Shown piece by piece: positions 44,037 through 53,973 of a stretch of DNA of 64,000 nucleotides (position 1 is its first letter; each line of letters opens with the position of its first letter). The notes under the pieces were generated by a model. That model did not search any database, had not been told where the DNA came from, and saw only the letters and a list, made by a program, of their open reading frames with translations. Both the position numbers and the translations under genes were made by a program. The stretch spans positions 1,376,001 through 1,440,000 of the forward strand of contig OZ250183.1 of NCBI GenBank assembly GCA_965238225.1, read 5' to 3'. Source of the DNA: Gammaproteobacteria bacterium (GTDB taxonomy: Bacteria > Pseudomonadota > Gammaproteobacteria > Eutrophobiales > Eutrophobiaceae).

Positions 44037-47000
44037 AGGGGCTGTGGTGTCTACGGTAAGTTCGTTTGATGTAGTATCTGTGCTGACATTGCCTGCTGTA
44101 TCTGTGGCTGTTGCAATGACGTTATAGGTGCCATCAGCAAGTGTATTGGCTGTAAAAGACCATGTGCCATCTGTAGCAACAGTGGGTGTGTAGCTTGTGC
44201 CATCTAACGCTACAGAAAGGGTTTCGCTTAAGCTAAGTGCTGTGCTTGCGCCTATTGTGCCTGTGATTTCAGGGGTTGTGTCATTGCTGGTTAGTGTATT
44301 GACTGTAGGGGTAGCAGGGGCTGTGGTGTCTACGGTAAGTTCGTTTGATGTAGTATCTGTGCTGACATTGCCTGCTGTATCTGTGGCTGTTGCAATGACG
44401 TTATAGGTGCCATCAGCAAGTGTATTGGCTGTAAAAGACCATGTGCCATCTGTAGCAACAGTGGGTGTGTAGCTTGTGCCATCTAACGCTACAGAAAGGG
44501 TTTCGCTTAAGCTAAGTGCTGTGCTTGCGCCTATTGTGCCTGTGATTTCAGGGGTTGTGTCATTGCTGGTTAGTGTATTGACTGTAGGGGTAGCAGGGGC
44601 TGTGGTGTCTACGGTAAGTTCGTTTGATGTAGTATCTGTGCTGACATTGCCTGCTGTATCTGTGGCTGTTGCAATGACGTTATAGGTGCCATCAGCAAGT
44701 GTATTGGCTGTAAAAGACCATGTGCCATCTGTAGCAACAGTGGGTGTGTAGCTTGTGCCATCTAACGCTACAGAAAGGGTTTCGCTTAAGCTAAGTGCTG
44801 TGCTTGCGCCTATTGTGCCTGTGATTTCAGGGGTTGTGTCATTGCTGGTTAGTGTATTGACTGTAGGGGTAGCAGGGGCTGTGGTGTCTACGGTAAGTTC
44901 GTTTGATGTAGTATCTGTGCTGACATTGCCTGCTGTATCTGTGGCTGTTGCAATGACGTTATAGGTGCCATCAGCAAGTGTATTGGCTGTAAAAGACCAT
45001 GTGCCATCTGTAGCAACAGTGGGTGTGTAGCTTGTGCCATCTAACGCTACAGAAAGGGTTTCGCTTAAGCTAAGTGCTGTGCTTGCGCCTATTGTGCCTG
45101 TGATTTCAGGGGTTGTGTCATTGCTGGTTAGTGTATTGACTGTAGGGGTAGCAGGGGCTGTGGTGTCTACGGTAAGTTCGTTTGATGTAGTATCTGTGCT
45201 GACATTGCCTGCTGTATCTGTGGCTGTTGCAATGACGTTATAGGTGCCATCAGCAAGTGTATTGGCTGTAAAAGACCATGTGCCATCTGTAGCAACAGTG
45301 GGTGTGTAGCTTGTGCCATCTAACGCTACAGAAAGGGTTTCGCTTAAGCTAAGTGCTGTGCTTGCGCCTATTGTGCCTGTGATTTCAGGGGTTGTGTCAT
45401 TGCTGGTTAGTGTATTGACTGTAGGGGTAGCAGGGGCTGTGGTGTCTACGGTAAGTTCGTTTGATGTAGTATCTGTGCTGACATTGCCTGCTGTATCTGT
45501 GGCTGTTGCAATGACGTTATAGGTGCCATCAGCAAGTGTATTGGCTGTAAAAGACCATGTGCCATCTGTAGCAACAGTGGGTGTGTAGCTTGTGCCATCT
45601 AACGCTACAGAAAGGGTTTCGCTTAAGCTAAGTGCTGTGCTTGCGCCTATTGTGCCTGTGATTTCAGGGGTTGTGTCATTGCTGGTTAGTGTATTGACTG
45701 TAGGGGTAGCAGGGGCTGTGGTGTCTACGGTAAGTTCGTTTGATGTAGTATCTGTGCTGACATTGCCTGCTGTATCTGTGGCTGTTGCAATGACGTTATA
45801 GGTGCCATCAGCAAGTGTATTGGCTGTAAAAGACCATGTGCCATCTGTAGCAACAGTGGGTGTGTAGCTTGTGCCATCTAACGCTACAGAAAGGGTTTCG
45901 CTTAAGCTAAGTGCTGTGCTTGCGCCTATTGTGCCTGTGATTTCAGGGGTTGTGTCATTGCTGGTTAGTGTATTGACTGTAGGGGTAGCAGGGGCTGTGG
46001 TGTCTACGGTAAGTTCGTTTGATGTAGTATCTGTGCTGACATTGCCTGCTGTATCTGTGGCTGTTGCAATGACGTTATAGGTGCCATCAGCAAGTGTATT
46101 GGCTGTAAAAGACCATGTGCCATCTGTAGCAACAGTGGGTGTGTAGCTTGTGCCATCTAACGCTACAGAAAGGGTTTCGCTTAAGCTAAGTGCTGTGCTT
46201 GCGCCTATTGTGCCTGTGATTTCAGGGGTTGTGTCATTGCTGGTTAGTGTATTGACTGTAGGGGTAGCAGGGGCTGTGGTGTCTACGGTAAGTTCGTTTG
46301 ATGTAGTATCTGTGCTGACATTGCCTGCTGTATCTGTGGCTGTTGCAATGACGTTATAGGTGCCATCAGCAAGTGTATTGGCTGTAAAAGACCATGTGCC
46401 ATCTGTAGCAACAGTGGGTGCAACAGTGGTGTAGCTTGTGCCATCTAACGCTACAGAAAGGGTTTCGCTTAAGCTAAGTGCTGTGCTTGCGCCTATTGTG
46501 CCTGTGATTTCAGGGGTTGTGTCATTGCTGGTTAGTGTATTGACTGTAGGGGTAGCAGGGGCTGTGGTGTCTACGGTAAGTTCGTTTGATGTAGTATCTG
46601 TGCTGACATTGCCTGCTGTATCTGTGGCTGTTGCAATGACGTTATAGGTGCCATCAGCAAGTGTATTGGCTGTAAAAGACCATGTGCCATCTGTAGCAAC
46701 AGTGGGTGTGTAGCTTGTGCCATCTAACGCTACAGAAAGGGTTTCGCTTAAGCTAAGTGCTGTGCTTGCGCCTATTGTGCCTGTGATTTCAGGGGTTGTG
46801 TCATTGCTGGTTAGTGTATTGACTGTAGGGGTAGCAGGGGCTGTGGTGTCTACGGTAAGTTCGTTTGATGTAGTATCTGTGCTGACATTGCCTGCTGTAT
46901 CTGTGGCTGTTGCAATGACGTTATAGGTGCCATCAGCAAGTGTATTGGCTGTAAAAGACCATGGCCATCTGTAGCAACAGTGGGTGTGTAGCTTGTGCCA

Positions 47001-47136
47001 TCTAACGCTACAGAAAGGGTTTCGCTTAAGCTAAGTGCTGTGCTTGCGCCTATTGTGCCTGTGATTTCAGGGGTTGTGTCATTGCTGGTTAGTGTATTGA
47101 CTGTAGGGGTAGCAGGGGCTGTGGTGTCTACGGTAA
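44037..47136. repeat. 279-bp (93-aa Ig-like domain) tandem repeat, 11 essentially identical copies
   Basis: Shadow ORFs recur from 44197 to 46995 with period 279; one interval is 288 (9-bp insertion) and one is 278 (1-bp deletion). Confidence 0.95.
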
Positions 47137-48110
47137 TGGTGGTAGATGTAGGTGTTATTACATTACCTGCTAAGTCTTCGCCTTGGCTTAGTGTGAATGT
47201 TTGTGTGCCATCACCTGTGCCTGTTGTCCAGAAATAGTGAAAGGTTCTATTACTATCTCTTGTCATATTGGTGGCAGCAATGGGCTCTAAACCAGTGCCT
47301 GTGATTTGCACGGGAGGCGTATTTGCCATGTCCTCACTAAACTCAGCACTGATGATGATGACATCCCCTGCGTTTGCTTCAGTAATACCGTAACTAATGC
47401 CGTTTATTCTTTTGTAATAAGAAAGTTCGACAGTGGGGGCTGTGGTATCCACGGTAACGATAATAACAGTGCTTACGGGTACCACCGCATTACCTGCTAA
47501 GTCTTCGCCTTGGCTTAGTGTGAATGTTTGTGTGCGACCATCACCTATGCCTGCTGTCCAGAAATAGTGAAAGGTTCTATCACTATCTCTTGTCATATTG
47601 GTGGCAGCAATGGGCTCTAAACCAGTGCCTGTGATTTGCACGGGAGGCGTATTTGCCATGTCCTCACTAAACTCAGCACTGATGATGATGACATCCCCTG
47701 CGTTTGCTTCAGTAATACCGTAACTAATGCCGTTTATTCTTTTGTAATAAGAAAGTTCGACAGTGGGGGCTGTGGTATCCGCGGTAACGATAATAATAGT
47801 GCTTACGGGTACCACCGCATTACCTGCTAAGTCTTCGCCTTGGCTTAGTGTGAATGTTTGTGTGCGGCCATCACTTATGCTTGCTGTCCAGAAATAGTGA
47901 AAGGTTCTATTACTATCTCTTGTCATATTGGTGGCAGCAATGGGCTCTAAACCAGTGCCTGTGATTTGCACGGGAGGACTATTTGCCATGTCCTCACTAA
48001 ACTCAGCACTGATGATGATGACATCCCCTGCGTTTGCTTCAGTAATACCGTAACTAATGCCGTTTATTCTTTTGTAATAAGAAAGTTCGACAGTAGGGGC
48101 TGTGGTATCT
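47130..48110. repeat. 330-bp (110-aa) tandem repeat, 3 copies, in gene E
   Basis: Shadow ORFs at 47306, 47636, 47966; YYKRINGISYGITE domain three times. Confidence 0.9.
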
Positions 48111-51100
48111 ATTATGGTAAGTTCGTTTGTTGTAGTGTCTGTACTGACATTGCCTGCTGCATCAGTAATTGTTGCAATGACGTTATGGATGCCACCGGTA
48201 AGTGGTGTATTGGCTGTAAAAGACCATGTGCCATCTGTAGCAACAGTGGGTGTGTAGGTTGTGCCATTTAAGGCAACAGAGAGTGTCTCACCTGTAAGAA
48301 GTGCGTTACCTGTGCCTGTTGTGCCTGTGATTACAGCAGGTGTGCTGGTGTTGCTGGTTAGTGTATTGACTGTGGGAGTCGCAGGGGCTGTGCTATCCAC
48401 TGTAATTGTAGCAGATGCGGGTTCCATCACATTGCCTGCTAAGTCTGTGCCGTTACTCAAAGAAAATGTTTGTATGCCATCACCAGTACCCACTGTCCAA
48501 GAATAGCGAAAGGTTCTATTGCTATATCTTATCATATCGGTGGTAGCAATAAAATTTACCCCCGTGCCTGTGATTTTCATGGGAGGACTATCTGCTATGT
48601 CCTCATTGAATTCGGTATTGATAATGATGACATCCCCTGCTTTTACCTTAGAAAACTCGGTAAGACCGTAACTAATGCCGTTTATACTGAGGTAAGAACG
48701 AACATCGGCTGTAGGGGCTGTGCTATCCACTGTAATTATAGTAGCTGTGGATGCCATCACATTGCCTGCTAAGTCTGTACCTTGGCTTAAGCGAAATGTT
48801 TGTATGCCATCACCTGTGCCTACTGTCCAGAAATAGTGAAAGGTTCTATTACTATCTCTTGTCATATTGGTGGCAGCAATAGGATCTACACCAGTACCTG
48901 TGATTTGTATGGGGGGCGTATCTCCTATGTCCTCATTGAATTCGGCACTGACAATGATGACATCCCCTACTTTTGCTTCGGTAAAACCATAACTAATGCC
49001 GTTTATTCTTTTGTAATAAGAAAGTTCGACAGTAGGGACTGTGGTGTCTACGGTAAGCTCGTTTGATGTAGTATCTGTGCTGACATTGCCTGCTGCATCT
49101 GTGGCTGTTGCAATGACGTTATAGGTGCCATCAGCAAGTGGTGTATTGGCTGTAAAAGACCATGTGCCATCTGTAGCAACAGTGGGTGTGTAGGTTGTAC
49201 CATTTAAGGCAACAGAGAGTGTCTCACCTGTAAGAAGTGCGTTACCTGTGCCTGTTGTGCCTGTGATTTGTGGTGTTGTGTCATTGCTGGTTAGTGTATT
49301 GACTGTAGGGGTAGCAGGGGCTGTGTTGTCTACGGTAATAGTGGTAGATGTAGGTGTTATTACATTACCTGCTAAGTCTGTGGCTTGGCTTAGTGTAAAT
49401 GTTTGTGTGCCATCGCCTGTGCCTACTGTCCATCTATGGTAATAGGTTATTGCATTGAATCTTGTCATGTTGGTGGTGGCGGTAGGATCTACGCCAGTGC
49501 CTGTGATTTGTATGGCAGGCGTATCTGCTATGTCCTCACTAAACGTAGCATTGACAATGATGACATCCCCTGCTTTTACCTTAGAAAACTCGGTAAGACC
49601 GTAACTAATGCCGTTTATACTGAGGTAAGAATGAACATCGGCTGTAGGGGCTGTGGTGTCTATGGTAAGTTCGTTTGATGTAGTGTCTGTGCTGATATTG
49701 CCTGCTGCATCTGTGAATGTTGCAACGACTTCGTAGGTTCCGCTGGTAAGTGCATTAGCATTACTTACTGTAAAAGACCATGTGCCATCTGTAGCAACAG
49801 TAGGTGTGTAGCTTGTGCCATCTAACGCTACAGAAAGGGTTTCTCCTGTAGTAAGTGCTATGCCTGTGCCTGTTGTGCCTGTGATGATAGGGGTTGTGTC
49901 ATTGCTGGTCAGTGTATTGACTGTAGGGGTAGCAGGGGCTGTGTTGTCTACGGTAATGGCAGCAGATGTAGATGCCATTACATTGCCTGCTAAGTCTGTG
50001 CCGTCGCTTAGTGTAAATGTTTGTGTGCCATCGCCTGTGCCTACTGTCCAAAAATAGTAATAGGTTATTGCATTGAATCTTGTCATGCTAGTTACAGCAA
50101 TGGGATCTACGCCAGTACCTGTGATCTGCATATGAGGCGTATATGCGATGTCCTCATTGAAGGTAGCAATAACAATCATGTTATCTCCTTGTTTTACTTG
50201 GGTGACAACAACAGCAATGCCATTAATGCTTTTGTAATAAGTGAGTGTAGCGGTAGGGGCTGTGGTATCTATGGTAAGTTCGTTTGATGTAGTGTCTGTA
50301 CTGACATTGCCTGCTGTGTCTGTGGCTGTTGCAATGACGTTATAGGTGCCACCAGTAAGTGCATTAGCATTACTTACTGTAAAAGACCATGTGCCATCTG
50401 TAGCAACAGTAGGTGTATAGGTTGTGCCATCTAACGCTACAGAAAAGGTTTCGCTTAAGCTAAGTGCTGTGCTTGTGCCTATTGTGCCTGTGATTTGTGG
50501 TGTTGTGTCATTGCTGGTTAGTGTATTGACTGTAGGGGTAGCAGGGGCTGTGTTGTCTACGGTAATGGCAGTAGATGTAGATGCCATTACATTGCCTGCT
50601 AAGTCTGTACCTTGGCTTAGTGTAAATGTTTGTGTGCCATCGCCTGTGCCTACTGTCAATCTATAGGTGTAGATTGTTGTATTGAATTTTGTCATGTTGG
50701 TGGCAGCAATGGGATTTACACCAGTACCTGTAATTTGCATGGCAGGCGTATCTGCTATAGGTTCGCTGAATCTAGCATGGACGATGACGGCATCCCCTGC
50801 TTTTACTGCAGGTATACGATAATTAGCTCCTATACGATAACTCATGCCGTTTACTCTTAGCCAAGAACGGACATCGGCTGTGGGGGCTGTGGTGTCTACG
50901 GTCAGCTCGTTTGATGTAGTGTCTGTGCTGACATTGCCTGCTGTGTCTGTGACTGTTGCAATGACGTTATAGGTGCCACCAGTAAGTGCATTAGCATTAC
51001 TTACTGTAAAAGACCATGTGCCATCTGTAGCAACAGTAGGTGTATAGGTTTCACCATTTAAGGCAACAGAGAGTGTCTCACCTGTAAGAAGTGTGCTACC

Positions 51101-53430
51101 TGTGCCTATTGTGCCTGTGATTTGATAGGGGTTGTGTCATTGCTGGTCAGTGTATTGACTGTAGGGGTAACAGGGGCTGTGTTGTCTACGGTAATGGCAG
51201 TAGATGTAGGTGTTATTACATTGCCTGCAAAGTCTGTGCCTTGGCTTAGTGTGAATGTTTGTGTGCCATCACCTGAGCCGACTTCCCAAAGATAGTAAGT
51301 GCGTCGATAGGAATCTTGTATCATTCTGCTTGTAGCGATGGTGTTTGCCCCTGTGCCTGTGATCTGCATGGGAGGGTCTCTTGTGATGTCCTCATTGAAG
51401 GTAGCAATAACAATCATGTTATCTCCTTGTTTTACTTGGGTGACAACAACAGCAGTGCCGTTAATGTGTTTGTAATAAATGAATGTAGCGGTAGGGGCTG
51501 TGGTATCTATGGTAAGTTCGTTTGATGTAGTATCTGTGCTGACATTGCCTGCTGTGTCTGTGGCTGTTGCAGTGACGTTATAGGTGCCACCAGTAAGTGG
51601 TGTATTGGCTGTAAAAGACCATGTGCCATCTGTAGCAACAGTGGGTGTGTAGCTTGTGCCATCTAACGCTACAGAAAAGGTTTCGCTTAAGCTAAGTGCT
51701 GTGCTTGTGCCTATTGTGCCTGTGATTTCAGGGGTTGTGTCATTGCTGGTTAGTGTATTGACTGTAGGGGTAGCAGGGGCTGTGGTGTCTACGGTCAGTT
51801 CGTTTGATGTAGTATCTGTGCTGACATTGCCTGCTGTGTCTGTGACTGTTGCAGTGATGTCGTAAGTGTCATCAGCAAGTGTATTGACTGTAAAAGACCA
51901 TGTGCCATCTGTAGCAACAGTAGGTGTATAGGTTTCACCATTTAAGGCAACAGAGAGTGTCTCACCTGTAAGAAGTGTGCTACCTGTGCCTATTGTGCCT
52001 GTGATTTGTGGTGTTGGGTCATTGCTGGTTAGTGTATTGACTGTAGGGGTAACAGGGGCTGTGTTGTCTACGGTAATGGCAGTAGATGTAGATGCCATTA
52101 CATTGCCTGCTAAGTCTGTGCCGCCGCTTAGTGTGAATGTTTGTGTGCCATCACCTGAGCCGACTTCCCAAAGATAGTAAGTGTGTCGATAGGAATCTTG
52201 TATCATCCTGCTTGTAGCGATGGTGTTTGCCCCTGTGCCTGTGATCTGCATGGGAGGGTCTCTTGCGATGTCCTCATTGAAAGTGACATCGACAATCATG
52301 TTATCTCCTTGTTTTACTTGGGTGACAACAACAGCAGTGCCGTTAATGTGTTTGTAATAAATGAATGTAGCGGTAGGGGCTGTGGTATCTATGGTAAGTT
52401 CGTTTGATGTAGTGTCTGTGCTGACATTGCCTGCTGTGTCTGTGGCTGTTGCAATGACGTTATAGGTGCCATCAGCAAGTGGTGTATTGGCTGTAAAAGA
52501 CCATGTGCCATCTGTAGCAACAGTGGGTGTATAGGTTTCACCATTTAAGGCAACAGAGAGTGTCTCACCTGTAAGTAGTGTGCTACCTGTGCCTATTGTG
52601 CCTGTGATTTCAGGGGTTGTGTCATTGCTGGTTAGTGTATTGACTGTAGGGGTAATAGGGGCTGTGGTGTCTATTATAAGTTCGTTTGATGTAGTGTCTG
52701 TACTTACATTGCCTGCTGTGTCTGTGGCTGTTGCAGTGATGTCGTAAGTACCATCAGCAAGTGTATTGGCTGTAAAAGACCATGTGCCATCTGTAGCAAC
52801 AGTAGGTGTATAGGTTTCACCATTTAAGGTAATAGAGAGTGTCTCACCTGTAAGAAGTGTGCTACCTGTGCCTGTTGTGCCTGTGATGACAGGGGTTGTG
52901 TCATTGCTGGTTTGTGTATTAATCGTGGGTGTAGTAACAGGGGTTATGCCTATCACTGTAATGGTGTTAGACGTGGTTTCGACAGTGTCCGTGCCTTGGT
53001 GGGTTAAAGTAAATGTTTGTATGCCAACAGCATCATCGTTGATGATCCATGAATAGTAATAGATCTCTCCGAACACTACACTAGAGTATCTCGTCATACT
53101 GGTTGCAGGAAAGCTATGTGCACCAGTACCCGTGATTTCTATGCTAGGATTATCTGCCCATACTATTCCTCCAAGGTCTGTGGCGATGATAAATACATTA
53201 TTCCCTGCTTCTACTTGAGTAACAGTCCGACCATTCATCAAATAAATGAGTGTAGCTTCGGGTGCTGCCTGTGCTACCTGTGCAGAAAATCCTGCAAGGA
53301 AAAAGACCAGTATGAGACGTTTTAGTAGATTAGCTTTGCCTAACATAACGTTAATATTCCGTCATCTGTTTGCGTTATATTTACACCTAAATTTATACCA
53401 CTTATATCTAACATAGTATAACTACACCTT

Positions 53431-53973
53431 AAAACCTTAGCCTGTCTTTATGCAAGCAGAATGCAAGCAAATAGTAATGATTAAATCCTATTACCAATAA
53501 CCATATTGACTCCTGAACTATAACAACTATACAACTATACAACTATACAACTATATACAACTATATAACTATATTGACTCTGACTGCCTGAACCGATACA
53601 GGTTCAATAACATCTAAAATATAGAACATCTAAAATATAGCTTTAAATCTTGTTTTATTCCCCTAAGTCCTACTCTAGATTATTATTATTATACGAGAAC
53701 CTGAGAATACCAAAGTGCTGATTGGCAGCGTCGGTGATGTTGATTCGAATATACCGAACTCCTGTTGGATCATTCTTGATGAGTACATCACTGGTAGACT
53801 GCTTGGTAGTCAGTGTTTGCGTTTCAGAAACCGAAGATTGCCCGTATCCACCTTGGTACATAGTCTGAGCAGTCCAGTTTGTGCCATCTGCTGATGTCTG
53901 GATCTGATAAGTAATATTTTGCCTGGTGTAGTTTGGGCTGCCATCTGCATTCGCTCGACCAAAAGCAAGTCCT
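53431..53973. repeat. Copy 1 of a direct duplication (3' end of gene F plus downstream spacer with short CAACTATA tract); copy 2 at ~56169-57222
   Basis: AAAACCTTAGCCTGTCTTTATGCAAGC...CAAAAGCAAGTCCT shared by both copies. Confidence 0.9.

Larger units (their letters stand above)
43365..53346 (-). pseudogene. Array gene E: giant Ig-like repeat protein (~3326 aa if joined) with two frameshifts (~51122, ~46963); no beta-barrel
   Basis: Same N- and C-termini as D. ORF pieces 51106..53346, 46850..50845 and 43365..43961 join through open frames once a +2 and a -1 indel relative to sister repeats are corrected. Confidence 0.85.

Noticed and set aside
44037-47136. CRISPR array
   Set aside because: Units are contiguous 279-bp coding repeats with no unique spacers, and no cas genes are present; the 8-bp tract likewise has no spacers
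44197-47237. Eleven repeated + strand ORFs (MPSNATERV...) and similar + strand ORFs across 28-53 kb
   Set aside because: Antisense shadows of the Thr-rich minus-strand repeats; no RBS or independent coding signal
29004-53346. Diversity-generating retroelement as the source of variation
   Set aside because: No reverse transcriptase in the window; differences between paired regions include indels and non-adenine changes
38057-53346. RTX/T1SS-secreted adhesins
   Set aside because: N-terminal Sec-type signal peptides, no GGxGxD nonapeptide repeats, no T1SS genes; the fossil barrel ends point to autotransporter ancestry
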